This document shows, piece after piece, positions 1 through 9,954 of a stretch of DNA of 64,000 bases. The notes under the pieces are model-generated. The model did not search any database. It saw only the letters and a program-made list of their open reading frames with translations, and was not told where the DNA came from. The stretch is from an uncultured Poribacteria bacterium (GTDB lineage Bacteria; Poribacteria; WGA-4E; WGA-3G), in assembly GCA_958296135.2 (NCBI GenBank), contig CATQHZ020000001.1, positions 2,144,001-2,208,000 on the forward strand, read 5' to 3'. The position numbers were made by a program, and so were the translations under genes. Numbering within the stretch: position 1 is the stretch's first letter; each line of letters begins with the position of its first letter.

Positions 1-2148
1 GAATGAGATGCCGAGGCGAGGCGCAATGCTCTGTTTGACAGTCGCCGCCACTGGGTTCTTGATAACCGGCAGCCCTACCTTGTAAACGCTTTTATCTAGT
101 TTAATCGTGCCATCCGTGTTGAGTTCAATCGGGTCGAGCGGATCGGCGGGGGAGACACCATCTGGCGCATAGAGCTCATACCGCACGCCGGCGTTGACAA
201 TCATCCCCGCGTATTCCATCTTGTCCTGCGCATAGACGCTGAGGGAGACAGGATTCACATCGTAAAACTCCATGTAGAGGTTTGAACTGCCATAATTGGT
301 AGCACCTAAATTATAGATGTTGTGCGCCGAAAATTCAACCCCAGTTTGGAGAAGATGATTTTGGGTGACTTGGCTGACAAAATCTGCCTTGAGGATATTC
401 GTGGTAGAATTGCGCGTCGTCCAAGAATTGTCATCACCCGCAATGAGGTAGTTCGTATCGTTATATGCCTGCTGCGTCGGGTTCCGAATCCGTCCTTCCG
501 CCTGATTCTGCTCAAACGATTTCTCCGGATCCCATGCGTTATCGTTGAACGTTTTATTCAGCGGGTCCCACAATTTATCGGGTTGGCGGCTCTCAAATGC
601 ACGCCGAAATTGCCCAAACGTCACAGTGTAAAATGTGCCAGAGTTGAGGTTATGCGAGAGCTGCACGGACATGCTTCGGGCATCTCTATCTCCGACCGGA
701 ATTGCACCCGGCAGAAAGCGTAACCTGCCGCCGTAGGAGTGGGTTTCCCGCTGGTCAAAGAGCCCACTTGCGCTCAACTTGAGTGCCGGCGTCACTTCAA
801 ACTTCAGTTTGCCCTGAAGGGTGTATCCCATTCCACCGTCGTTAGGAAGGTAACTTTCATCGCGCCGCAGTTGGCTGGCGAAGGAAAACGTCAACCGATT
901 CCCCCAGATGGGCCCGCTGAGAGCGAATTCACCGATATGACTGGGGCTCAAATCATAACTTTTCGTATTGTTGGAAAGCCCACTATACTGGTTCAGATCG
1001 ACGACGTAGCCGTCTAACAACGTAACCTGCTTTTTTTCGTAGTCAATGAGGGTGCCATCCGTGTCTTTGTAAGGCTGGCGCGCCATAAGCGTCTCGCCAG
1101 TATTCAGATCGACCTTAGGTTCGCCTGTCGCTTCGTCTATGACAGGTAGAAGTGGGTTTTCTGTCTTGTCGGCATAGACACCCGGCACAATCTGGGTAAA
1201 GACTACCTGCTCTTCGCCTTCACGCGATGCCAATTCGCCGACTGTAACAGTGTCACCCCGATAAGGTGTCTGATAATCGTAAGGTTTGCCGAGGAAAATG
1301 CCTCTGAAGGGTTCAAGGGCAACAGGACGAAATCCGTTGTCCGGGTCGCGCCAAGGGCCATAGAGCGGTTCGCCGTGGTGCGTCATCCATTGCCCGACAC
1401 GGTATCGGATTCTACCAGAAAACTTCTGTGTGCCAACTTTCGTGATGAGATTGATGATGCCAGATTGCGCGTCGCCGTGCTCGGCATTGAAACCGCCCGT
1501 GATGATTTCCATCTGCTCAAGCGCGTTAGTACTGATACTCACGCCGAGCCCTCTACCAATCGGATCGTTGACGGGGATGCCGTCAATCAGATATTTGATT
1601 TCCATAGAGCGGCCGCCGCGAATGTGTAGGGTGCCAGTCGAGTTGAGAACCGAAACGCCCGCCTGCGTTGCGATAATGCCGTTGACAGTATCGCGCGGCA
1701 TCGCGGCAATATCTTCCGCGTCAAGAATCTTCGTCGTCTGCGTTACATCCTTCTTAATCAGCGGTTTCGCGGCGGTTACGGTGATGCCTTCTAGTTGAAC
1801 AACCGCACTCGCCAAGGCGAAGTCCAATGTCGTCGTCAGTCCGGCTAAAACTGTCGCGCGCATTACAGTCTCGGAAGCGTAGCCGATGCGTTCAATTTTC
1901 ACATCGTAACTACCCGGCGCAATATTGGTGATGACGTAATAGCCATCCTCGTTTGTCGTCGTGGTGATGCTCGTCCCGACAACGGTTACCGTCGCATTTG
2001 TTAGCGGCGTGTTTGTCGTCTCATCGGTAGCAACACCGGAAATCTTGCCGGTAATGGCGGCTGCGGCATCCTGCGCGCCGGCCACGGATAAGCCTAATAT
2101 CACAATGCTCAGGAAAAAAAACCAGTTTCTCAAGATATTATTTCTCAT
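1..2148 (-). CDS. TonB-dependent receptor with N-terminal carboxypeptidase-regulatory-like domain (runs off window start; absent from ORF track)
   Basis: Manual translation from ATG 2148: MRNNILRNWFFFLSIVILGLSVAGAQDAAAAITGKISG...GYYVITNIAPGSYDVKIERIGY...HIRGGRSMEIKYLIDGIPVNDP...GGFNAEHGDAQSGIINLITK (signal peptide, CarboxypepD_reg, plug motifs); GAGGGAG RBS upstream. Confidence 0.9.
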   Translation of the reverse strand, partial: MRNNILRNWFFFLSIVILGLSVAGAQDAAAAITGKISGVATDETTNTPLTNATVTVVGTSITTTTNEDGYYVITNIAPGSYDVKIERIGYASETVMRATVLAGLTTTLDFALASAVVQLEGITVTAAKPLIKKDVTQTTKILDAEDIAAMPRDTVNGIIATQAGVSVLNSTGTLHIRGGRSMEIKYLIDGIPVNDPIGRGLGVSISTNALEQMEIITGGFNAEHGDAQSGIINLITKVGTQKFSGRIRYRVGQWMTHHGEPLYGPWRDPDNGFRPVALEPFRGIFLGKPYDYQTPYRGDTVTVGELASREGEEQVVFTQIVPGVYADKTENPLLPVIDEATGEPKVDLNTGETLMARQPYKDTDGTLIDYEKKQVTLLDGYVVDLNQYSGLSNNTKSYDLSPSHIGEFALSGPIWGNRLTFSFASQLRRDESYLPNDGGMGYTLQGKLKFEVTPALKLSASGLFDQRETHSYGGRLRFLPGAIPVGDRDARSMSVQLSHNLNSGTFYTVTFGQFRRAFESRQPDKLWDPLNKTFNDNAWDPEKSFEQNQAEGRIRNPTQQAYNDTNYLIAGDDNSWTTRNSTTNILKADFVSQVTQNHLLQTGVEFSAHNIYNLGATNYGSSNLYMEFYDVNPVSLSVYAQDKMEYAGMIVNAGVRYELYAPDGVSPADPLDPIELNTDGTIKLDKSVYKVGLPVIKNPVAATVKQSIAPRLGISF

Positions 2149-2194
2149 AGCAACTCCCTCAGGATTTACGCGAAAATCTCGTTCTGCGTAACTC

Positions 2195-2944
2195 CTACAA
2201 AGTTCTCTCAATAAATCTAAGGCTTTTGAGTTTCCTTTCGGTGTGGTATTCAATAAAACTGCCGAGCGCGCGCTTGAGTTCACGATGGTTGCGTTCTGAT
2301 GCGCGGATGCGGTTTAATCCGCCGAGTTCCGATTTTCGGAGCATCTTCAGCAATTCGCAACTTCCCTGTGCCATCGAAAATGTGGAAGCGTCGCGATACT
2401 CGCACTGCCTACAGAGCATCCCGCCGTGCCGCACGCTAAATGCCAACAATTGCCCGGCAAGGGTTGAACTACAATAGGCACATCGCGAGAGCCGCGGTCC
2501 GTAGCCTGCACAATCCAGAAACCTGAGCTCAAACGCGCGCGCGAGCAGTGGCACATCGGTAGCCTGTGCTAAACATTGATAGGTGCTTTGCAGTAAATCG
2601 AAAATCTCAGGATTCGCGGCACCCTCCGACGCAATCGCATCCACCAATTCGGCGAAATAACAGCCGTAGGTGATACGCGTGAAATCGGCGCGAATTGCGT
2701 CAAACCCGTTGATGAGACTAAAGTCGGTGATGCTTTGCAATTCCCGATTTTCGCGGTGATCAAAAAGAAGGGTGCCGTGGTTGAGGAGCTCTAAGCTGCC
2801 GCCGAGTCGGCTTTTCGCGCTTTTTACACCGTAAGCCACAGCCTTCACTTTACCAAAATCCGGCGTATAGAAGGTGATAATCTTATGAAATTCGCGGAGG
2901 GGGAAGGTGCGAATCACAATAGCCTGTGTTTTTTGCGCGGGCAT
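2195..2944 (-). CDS. recO: DNA repair protein RecO
   Basis: MPAQKTQAIVIRT...FYTPDFGKVKAVAYG OB-fold, CxxC...CxxC zinc motif, C-terminal KLKSLRF; start placed at Met74 of the track ORF because the extension overlaps a tRNA. Confidence 0.93.
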   Translation of the reverse strand: MPAQKTQAIVIRTFPLREFHKIITFYTPDFGKVKAVAYGVKSAKSRLGGSLELLNHGTLLFDHRENRELQSITDFSLINGFDAIRADFTRITYGCYFAELVDAIASEGAANPEIFDLLQSTYQCLAQATDVPLLARAFELRFLDCAGYGPRLSRCAYCSSTLAGQLLAFSVRHGGMLCRQCEYRDASTFSMAQGSCELLKMLRKSELGGLNRIRASERNHRELKRALGSFIEYHTERKLKSLRFIERTL

Positions 2945-3002
2945 GGTTTTCGTCCGTGCCGTGTGGGTGGAGAAGCATCTCGGCTGCTTTAAATGGGTTT
3001 GG

Positions 3003-3042
3003 AACCTCGTCGGAGAGTCCGTAAGAAATCTCCGACGAGGTT
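3003..3042. terminator. Perfect 14-bp inverted repeat downstream of tRNA-Pro (terminator or processing hairpin)
   Basis: aacctcgtcggaga (3003-3016) / tctccgacgaggtt (3029-3042). Confidence 0.5.
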
Positions 3043-3066
3043 TCAGAGAAGCGAAGTTACGAGAAA

Positions 3067-3141
<75 letters not shown>

Positions 3142-3184
3142 TCAAAAAATGGGATTTGTCCAAACGTCAACCCACACGTTATAT

Positions 3185-3213
3185 AGTATACCACAAAAAC
3201 CGGCATTTGTCAA
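3185..3213 (-). promoter_or_regulatory. Sigma70-type promoter for tRNA-Pro/recO
   Basis: TTGACA-17 bp-TATACT on minus strand. Confidence 0.8.
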
Positions 3214-3218
3214 ATTAA

Positions 3219-3420
3219 AAGGTCGATTTCCGCTGTTAGCCCGCCGCAACCTCTTTTTCCGACAACTTAAACCTCACCCGAGACCCGCCACCCTCCTTCG
3301 ATTCGGCACCCAGGGGCCACAAAAAGGGACTCAATCCGCCGCCATGCCAAGTTCCTAGGCACAGAGGTGCTGAAAATAGCGTTCAACGTCCTTTGGTGTC
3401 GCTTATTCAAAGGATACCTT
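3219..3420 (-). ncRNA. ssrS: Candidate 6S RNA (~200 nt)
   Basis: Perfect promoter directly upstream, no convincing ORF, complementary ends (AAGGU/ACCUU), UUGAAC/GUUUAA pairing next to a UAUUUUCA bubble-like segment and a 3' UGCGGCGG, all reminiscent of 6S RNA; no covariance search was run. Confidence 0.5.
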
Positions 3421-3424
3421 CTTA

Positions 3425-3453
3425 ATTATACCCTATTTTACCCGTTTTGTCAA
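3425..3453 (-). promoter_or_regulatory. Perfect consensus sigma70 promoter
   Basis: TTGACA-17 bp-TATAAT on minus strand (tgtcaa 3448-3453, attata 3425-3430). Confidence 0.85.
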
Positions 3454-3533
3454 ATTAAATTTTGAAAGTATCTCATCAATACCGGTAAACGCGCCGGAAA
3501 AGCGCGCAAACCGGCGTATTCTGGAATGCCTTA

Positions 3534-4796
3534 CTATTCCGATGGCAGCGTGTTCGGCATCTGGATCTGAACGCGATGGATGCGGCGTTCATCCGCCTCA
3601 ATGATTGTGAAACGGATGCCTCGGTAGACAAACAGCGTGTCCTGCTCCGGCACACGTCCAAGATGGTCCACGACGAACCCGCCGACGGTATCAATGTTTT
3701 CCGCCTCTAGTTCCGTGCCGAGTTTCTCGTTCAACTCAACAAGATTCAGCCTCGCGTCAACGGAGTAAGTGTTGGAATCAAGCTGAATATAGGCATCCTG
3801 TTCCCCGACTTCATCTTCATCGTGGATTTCGCCGACGATCTCCTCAATGATATTTTCTAGCGTTACGATGCCTGCTGTGCCGCCGTATTCATCAACGACG
3901 ATGGCGAGGTGCTGTTTGTGCTCTCGCAGTTCACGGAAGAGTGCTGAAATCTTCTTACTCTCCGGCGTGAAAAAAGGCACCCGGTCGACGATGAGCTGCC
4001 GCAGAGCGATCGGTTCGCCAGCCGCCCAGTATTCCAGCATATCTTTCACGTGTAGCACCCCGATGATGTTATCAATCGTCTCTTCATAGATAGGAATGCG
4101 CGTATGGCGGCACTCAATCGTCGTTTTCAGCACTGCCTCTTCAGGCGTTGAAATGTCTAAGCATACCATGTCTGTTCGCGCCACCATAATCTCGCGCGCG
4201 ACTTTGTCGGGCAGCCCGAGGATACGCGAGATCATCTCGCGTTCGTCTTTCTCTAAAATCTCTTGGCTATCTCCGACACTCACCAGCGTATCTAGCACTT
4301 CTGGTGAGACAAGGCTATCCTGTTCCGCGCGCACTTTGCCGCCAAACACTCGCACGGCGATGTTCGCAATGAAGTCCAAGGGAACAAAAATGACGCATCC
4401 GGCCCAATACACTCCCCGTAGCACGCGGAGTGCTTGGATAGTCGCATTCCCGGAACTACTCTGCACGTAGTTTTTCGGAAACAACTCGGCGAAAATGACA
4501 AGCATCACAACAGCGAGGGCAGCATTTGCCACACGATAGTGGAAAAGCGTCAGAAAAAGGAGGACGCTTACCACCATCAATATCGTTTTCGCCGTGATAA
4601 TCGTGAGCGAGTAGCGTCGCGGTTGGCGCAGCAGGGATGCCAAGACATCGTAACGTTTGCCCTCTCCTTCAGCAAAATTGAGGATATCCTCACGCGTTAA
4701 CCGAGTGAGCAGTGCCTCCGCTGCTGAAAGCAGTGCCGTTAACACCAATAATACCAATAAACTGAACAGTCTGAGGGCTATACCTAGGTCGTCCAA
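3534..4796 (-). CDS. HlyC/CorC (CNNM/DUF21-CBS-CorC) family transporter
   Basis: N-terminal TM helices, FAELFPK, tandem CBS domains (HTRIPIYEETIDNIIG; AIVVDEYGGTAGIVTLENIIEEIVGEI), CorC C-terminus; probable TTG start near an AGGAGG. Confidence 0.9.
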   Translation of the reverse strand: MDDLGIALRLFSLLVLLVLTALLSAAEALLTRLTREDILNFAEGEGKRYDVLASLLRQPRRYSLTIITAKTILMVVSVLLFLTLFHYRVANAALAVVMLVIFAELFPKNYVQSSSGNATIQALRVLRGVYWAGCVIFVPLDFIANIAVRVFGGKVRAEQDSLVSPEVLDTLVSVGDSQEILEKDEREMISRILGLPDKVAREIMVARTDMVCLDISTPEEAVLKTTIECRHTRIPIYEETIDNIIGVLHVKDMLEYWAAGEPIALRQLIVDRVPFFTPESKKISALFRELREHKQHLAIVVDEYGGTAGIVTLENIIEEIVGEIHDEDEVGEQDAYIQLDSNTYSVDARLNLVELNEKLGTELEAENIDTVGGFVVDHLGRVPEQDTLFVYRGIRFTIIEADERRIHRVQIQMPNTLPSE

Positions 4797-4889
4797 ACGA
4801 GCAATAACACCTCCTGGAAATTTTTCGTCGTTCGCAAGGCGTGCGGCAAAGGCTCCCGTTTTTGCCGGCACCGCCGCCGTTGGGGATTG

Positions 4890-5414
4890 CTACGTTTTTT
4901 CTGATGAACTGCTTCCGTTCAAGCGGAGCTCACGTAGAATCGCCTCTTGCTTCGCGAACATGACGGCCTCTTCTTGAGGCGTTTCGTGTTCATAACCGAG
5001 CAGATGCATCACGCCGTGCACCGCCAAAAACGCAACCTCTGTCTCAAGTGAGTGTTCCGCTTCGGTTGCCTGGCGGGCCGCTGTCTCTAACGAAATGATA
5101 ATATCGCCTAGGAGTGACAGAGGCCCTGCCTCGCAGTCTTCGCCTTCACGCATCGCAAAAGCGAGGACATCTGTCGGCGCGAGCATGCCGCGATATTCCG
5201 AATTAAGGAGCGTCATCTCCGCGTCATCTGTTAGTAAAACGCTGACCTCATACGCCGGCGGCGTTGCGCGCTTGGAACGCGCGCCTACCGGGGATGCGGC
5301 GGCGTGCGCCATCAGCGTTGCTGACACTGCCCTGTGAACTATGTCTACGTCACACTCAGTATCCGAGCAGTTTTGGGTGATGCCGATGGAATATGGGACT
5401 GCCTCGCTGCTCAC
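4890..5414 (-). CDS. ybeY: rRNA maturation endoribonuclease YbeY
   Basis: LNSEYRG..PTDVLAF, LLGDIIIS, HGVMHLLGYEH (H3xH5xH); lies between phoH and the corC-like gene. Confidence 0.93.
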   Translation of the reverse strand: MSSEAVPYSIGITQNCSDTECDVDIVHRAVSATLMAHAAASPVGARSKRATPPAYEVSVLLTDDAEMTLLNSEYRGMLAPTDVLAFAMREGEDCEAGPLSLLGDIIISLETAARQATEAEHSLETEVAFLAVHGVMHLLGYEHETPQEEAVMFAKQEAILRELRLNGSSSSEKT

Positions 5415-6433
5415 GCCGATGCCTCTTGCGCTTCAGCCGGTGCGGGAGCAGGTATCTGTCTCACGTTCTGCTGTGGTGATGCCTGCTCATAAGCCTCAAC
5501 GATGCGCTGCACCAATTCATGCCGCACGACATCAACCTTTGAGAAGTAGATGAATTCAATGCCTTTGATACCGGAAAGCACCTCTTGCGCGTCCGCGAGG
5601 CCGGACACTTTGTGTGTTGGCAAATCGGTTTGTGTGATGTCGCCTGTCACAACCGCTTTAGAATCAAAGCCGAGCCGCGTCAGGAACATCTTCATCTGTT
5701 CGATCGTCGCGTTTTGCGCTTCGTCCAGCACAACGAACGAATTGTTGAGCGTTCGGCCGCGCATGAAAGCGATAGGCGCAACTTCAATGACGTTCCGCTC
5801 AATGTATTTGTCCAGCGCGTCGGGGGACATCATATCATAGAGCGCGTCGTATAACGGGCGTAGATACGGATGCACCTTCGCCGCGATATCACCCGGTAAA
5901 AACCCGAGCCGTTCCCCCGCTTCCACGGCTGGCCGCGTGAGAATAATCCTGCTCACTTGTCCACTCTTGAGCGCGGAAACCGCCATCGCCATGGCGAGGT
6001 AGGTTTTCCCAGTCCCAGCGGGCCCGATGCCGAAAACCAGGTCATTGTGCTTAATCGCCTCAACATACCGTCGCTGCCCGGCGGTTTTAGGCCGGATGAC
6101 ACCCCGCTTTGAGAAGACAGGAATAGACTCCGCCTTGCTTTCCGCCAAGGTGTCGGCTTCCCCGGCTCCCGATGCGCGAATCATGTAGCTCACATCGGTA
6201 GTCTGAATCTGTTCGCCTTTCCGGATGCGGTGCAGTAGTGATTCCAACACGGTTGCGACGCGTTCGGTTTCGGCGGAATCTTCGCCGATAATCGCAATCC
6301 GGTCGCGTTTCAAAACGACGCGCACGTCAAAATCGTCTTCGATGAGTTTCAGGAAGGCATCGCTCTGTCCAAACAGGGCCTGCACTTCAGCATTGCTCTG
6401 GACAGGCACACTCTTCAATTCTTGTTTTTGCAA
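5411..6433 (-). CDS. phoH: PhoH family ATPase (YbeZ-like)
   Basis: GPAGTGKT, ILTRPAVEAGERLGFLPG, MRGRTL, LDEAQN, VVRH motifs. Confidence 0.95.
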   Translation of the reverse strand: MQKQELKSVPVQSNAEVQALFGQSDAFLKLIEDDFDVRVVLKRDRIAIIGEDSAETERVATVLESLLHRIRKGEQIQTTDVSYMIRASGAGEADTLAESKAESIPVFSKRGVIRPKTAGQRRYVEAIKHNDLVFGIGPAGTGKTYLAMAMAVSALKSGQVSRIILTRPAVEAGERLGFLPGDIAAKVHPYLRPLYDALYDMMSPDALDKYIERNVIEVAPIAFMRGRTLNNSFVVLDEAQNATIEQMKMFLTRLGFDSKAVVTGDITQTDLPTHKVSGLADAQEVLSGIKGIEFIYFSKVDVVRHELVQRIVEAYEQASPQQNVRQIPAPAPAEAQEASA

Positions 6434-6695
6434 TCGCGGTTCTAAACCTCCGATTCAGGTAAGGTGTTTTGATGACACCGGTTTGTATCAAAAATCAGAC
6501 GAAAATTGCAGTATGCGTTAATAGGATACCTTATTGTGCAAGAAAATGCAAGAAAATTCGCGGCGGCAGCCCCGGAGCGGCGGAGATGTTCAATTCTCCT
6601 TCGCTATCTCCTCCGACATCTTTAAGACTTCTTTCACAATCGTATCAATATCCGACATGGGTTGCTGATGCCGTTCCTCTTCGTGAGACCTCTAT

Positions 6696-6806
6696 ACACC
6701 GGCGGGGGACAGGCCCCCGCCCTACGGTGAAAGAAAAATCGAACACCTGGCGGATCAACACACCGGCGGGGGACAGGCCCCCGCCCTACGGTGAAAGAAA
6801 AATCGA
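6696..6806. repeat. Two copies of a GTAG-type palindromic (REP-like) unit
   Basis: acaccggcgggggacaggcccccgccctacggtgaaagaaaaatcga occurs twice, period ~64 bp. Confidence 0.8.
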
Positions 6807-6852
6807 CTGAGCGCGCAGCCGCGAACTGTGCCGTTTCGCACACGCACGCTCG

Positions 6853-7452
6853 CTACTGCCGCCCGTAAAATCTCACCTCACGGATAGAGGCACCTTTCAG
6901 CGGGATTTTGACCTGGTGCGTCTCCTTATTCCGAACCGAATGCTGCTGGTCCTCCATAGCATCGGCACTCAGCCGGAGGTAAAGCACCTTGCGCCCGATC
7001 TGGATTTTGACAGGTGTCTTGCCCTCTATACTTTCATGCTGTTTGTCGTAAACAACTTCAAAGGAGACATCAAGCCGAGGCTCTTCGTCAGTTGTCGTCA
7101 CCAAAGCAAGCGCGGGAACGCGCGATGCAGGGTAGACCTCGACGTAAGCGACATACATCGGCACGTCAAGTTTAATCACCGCGTCTGTCCGCTTAGTCCC
7201 ATCAATTTCGGTCCGATACTGCCGTTGAAGGTTGCCGCGGCGGCCGCTTTCCTCACCAACATGCACATACCCTTTTCGGACCGAACCTTTTACCTTAAAC
7301 GTGCTAATCGTCTCCAGATCTCCATCAACCAGCCCCGGATTCGTCGCGCAGGAAAGCTGCGACGAAGGTATCTCAACGACGGGGGTATCCTGAAGCACAG
7401 CACACCCTGTAACGCCGATGAGCAGAATGAACAAACCGCTTAAGATTCTCAT
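6853..7452 (-). CDS. Hypothetical lipoprotein
   Basis: Signal peptide with lipobox-like VTGC; AGGAG RBS; C-terminal IREVRFYG resembles discoidin-type sandwich ends. Confidence 0.7.
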   Translation of the reverse strand: MRILSGLFILLIGVTGCAVLQDTPVVEIPSSQLSCATNPGLVDGDLETISTFKVKGSVRKGYVHVGEESGRRGNLQRQYRTEIDGTKRTDAVIKLDVPMYVAYVEVYPASRVPALALVTTTDEEPRLDVSFEVVYDKQHESIEGKTPVKIQIGRKVLYLRLSADAMEDQQHSVRNKETHQVKIPLKGASIREVRFYGRQ

Positions 7453-7624
7453 TGCTTTTTCCTCCTATTATGCACGCGCAAATCGCGGGTAATATAGCAC
7501 AAAATCGTCTCATTTCGCTGTGAATGTCATACAAGAATGAATGTGTCTACTCCCAGATCAAAGTCGGGCTCAGGCGGGCCCGAACGCCAGAGGTGAAGCC
7601 AGAGGTGAATTGAGGACAAATCCT

Positions 7625-8689
7625 CTATGCCTCCTCCGGAAGGAGAGTTGGCGGTGGTGCAACGCCGCCCTGCTCTGCCGCCGTAACGAGCCGCTGCCAC
7701 GTTGCTTCTTCAATCGGGATGCCCTCTTTGAGTCGGCGTTCTCGGCTGCGCTCCTCAAATTCGCCCGGCACGTAGATTTCGTCAACGCCGGGCAGGCGCG
7801 CCGAGGATTTAACCCACGCCACGAGATGCTCTATCTCTTGTTCATAATCGCTTAAATCGATAAAATTGTCAATGTTAATTGCAAACATGACGATGCCGCT
7901 TGCGCCGCGCGTCGGGTTCTCGCGGCTACAGCCCGCCCATGAGAGCCCACCGGCAATTGCATCTATCATGACACCGAGCCCGAAGCCTTTGTACCCGAAC
8001 TGAAAGCCGCCAAGCGGCATCACAGCCGTGTCCGCCGGCCGTTCGCGAAATGCAACCGGATCGGTTATCGGGTTGCCTGCGGCATCTATCATCCACCCCT
8101 CTGGAATCTGTTCGTCGCGCGCGGTTTGGACAAGCAATTTTCCGCCCGCTACAACGCTCAGCGTCATATCAAGTAGCAGCGGTGCACCGTTTTCGCGTGG
8201 CACAGATATCGCAATCGGGTTTGGCGGCAATCGACGCGAGGTGCCGCCGTGCGGATGCATAAACCTCCCGCCGCCATTCAACAGGACGATGCCTATCATC
8301 CCAGCTGCAGCGGCGATTGGCGGATATTCGCCCATGCGGCCGGCGTGCCCGCAGCGGTGTAATCCCACCGCGCCGATAGTGCACGTCTTCGCTTTCTCAA
8401 CGGCGAGCTCCATCGCCTTGCGCGCCGCAACCATGCCGAGCGCACCGTTCGCGTTGATGACTGTCGCCGCCGGACTTTCACGGACGATTTCTAGCTTGGC
8501 CGCCGCCGGGCCGCCTTTCATCCCGCCGATGTAGTTCGGCGCGTTGATGACACCGTGTGAATCGTGGCCCGCAAGATTGGAATCAACGACATGGTCGCTG
8601 ACGATTTTGGCATCTTCTTCCGTGCCACCGGCCGCGCGGTAGATGTCATAGACAAATTTCCTTAAAACAACATGAGATACGGTAGGCAT
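7625..8689 (-). CDS. Ldh_2 family (malate/L-lactate/ureidoglycolate-type) oxidoreductase
   Basis: SNLAGHDSHG, HAGRMGEY, NPIAISVP, LLLDM, KGFGL, IYVPGE motifs. Confidence 0.9.
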   Translation of the reverse strand: MPTVSHVVLRKFVYDIYRAAGGTEEDAKIVSDHVVDSNLAGHDSHGVINAPNYIGGMKGGPAAAKLEIVRESPAATVINANGALGMVAARKAMELAVEKAKTCTIGAVGLHRCGHAGRMGEYPPIAAAAGMIGIVLLNGGGRFMHPHGGTSRRLPPNPIAISVPRENGAPLLLDMTLSVVAGGKLLVQTARDEQIPEGWMIDAAGNPITDPVAFRERPADTAVMPLGGFQFGYKGFGLGVMIDAIAGGLSWAGCSRENPTRGASGIVMFAINIDNFIDLSDYEQEIEHLVAWVKSSARLPGVDEIYVPGEFEERSRERRLKEGIPIEEATWQRLVTAAEQGGVAPPPTLLPEEA

Positions 8690-8835
8690 AATTGTCCTGT
8701 TCCCCGAAACGCTGACATTCGCAGGGAAGTGTCAGGTTTCTAAGTTCCTGCTTCATCACGATGTGCCTCCAAGCGAGGGCTTACCTCAGCACTTTGACGT
8801 GCTAGGACGATGCTCTTTTCGGCATGTAAGGAGAT

Positions 8836-9414
8836 TCAAACTCGCGGCAACTCAAAAAGTTCCGCAACTTGACAAACAAACCCTTCCACAACATCCTCCC
8901 CGGTGAGGGTATCGGCGCGCGTAAGCAGTGTGATGTCGGTTTCAGAACGATAGACGAGCACTGTTTTTGAGCCCGGTTCGATTACCCACACAAGCCGCGT
9001 TCCTGCCTCCAAATAGGCAAATGCTTTCTCAGCCACCTTCCGGAAAGTCTCCGACAGAGAAATCACCTCAACAGCAAGGTCTGGCGGAACTGGGAACGCC
9101 TTTATCAGGTCTGCAGGTAACCGTGGTGTTGAAACAAACGCGACATCCGGTTTTAGCACGCGCTCGCCCACTTGAAAGCCCGTTTCCGCGCAAACCACTT
9201 CACCCAGTTGATTCGCAATGACATAATTGCCGAGACGTATAAAGACTCGAGAACCAACTAGCCCGTGTTCCGCCGAGGGAGCCGCCATAGGTATCAATTT
9301 TCCTTTAACGTATTCGTATCCATCCACATCGCTCACAAGGAATTCATCCAACGTCATCGTGACATTTTCGGGGAGGATTCCTTCTGGCACGAACGGGTGA
9401 GTCTGTAGATTCAT
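8836..9414 (-). CDS. Uma2 (DUF820) family PD-(D/E)xK nuclease-like protein
   Basis: YEYVKGKL, PDVAFV, PPDLAVEVIS, GTRLVWVIEP; start at MNLQTHP with GGAGG RBS. Confidence 0.9.
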   Translation of the reverse strand: MNLQTHPFVPEGILPENVTMTLDEFLVSDVDGYEYVKGKLIPMAAPSAEHGLVGSRVFIRLGNYVIANQLGEVVCAETGFQVGERVLKPDVAFVSTPRLPADLIKAFPVPPDLAVEVISLSETFRKVAEKAFAYLEAGTRLVWVIEPGSKTVLVYRSETDITLLTRADTLTGEDVVEGFVCQVAELFELPRV

Positions 9415-9627
9415 TCTCTTATTCCTCCGGTGCTGTTTGTTGCATTTACCCGCTGTCTTCAATTAAAAGTATAACATATCGCAACCGAAATTGCAACAAT
9501 GCAACAAATTGATAGAAAAATATTGACATCACAGACTGAATTGGTGTATCATAAACCAATGTAGGAGAGACCTCCCGGTCTCGATTTCTCCTCGGTGTAT
9601 CATAAACCAATGAAGGAGGTAGCACCT

Positions 9628-9918
9628 ATGGCTTTCAGCGATTTCAAGACAGTTTCTGAAGTCCAAAAAAAATTCGGCATTAGGTACATGCACAAGGACT
9701 TCGTTGCGTCTGAAAATTCAATCCCATCGGCGCATTTTCTGCAAGAATTTGCATTTACGCAGGAGCATTTTGATGTTTTCGCCTCCGAGGCAACCCGGTG
9801 TCAGGCAATTATCTATCCGATTTTACGGGAAGTCTACAAGGCATACGCCGATGACTACGCGCTCTGGATAGAGAAATCCATCGCCCACGATGAAACTTTG
9901 AGTAGGCGCGGTTTGTAA
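9628..9918 (+). pseudogene. Truncated member of the 'MA(F/Y)SDF' ~200-aa family, ending inside a palindromic repeat
   Basis: AAGGAGG RBS; MAFSDFKTVSEVQKKF...SEATRCQAIIYPIL...DETLS then RRGL* encoded by gtaggcgcggtttgtaaccacgcctacc; lacks the EAKK..GQC half seen in the relatives at 50225-51450. Confidence 0.6.
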
Positions 9919-9954
9919 CCACGCCTACCAGGGCCGAATGATGTCCGCTGGGCA

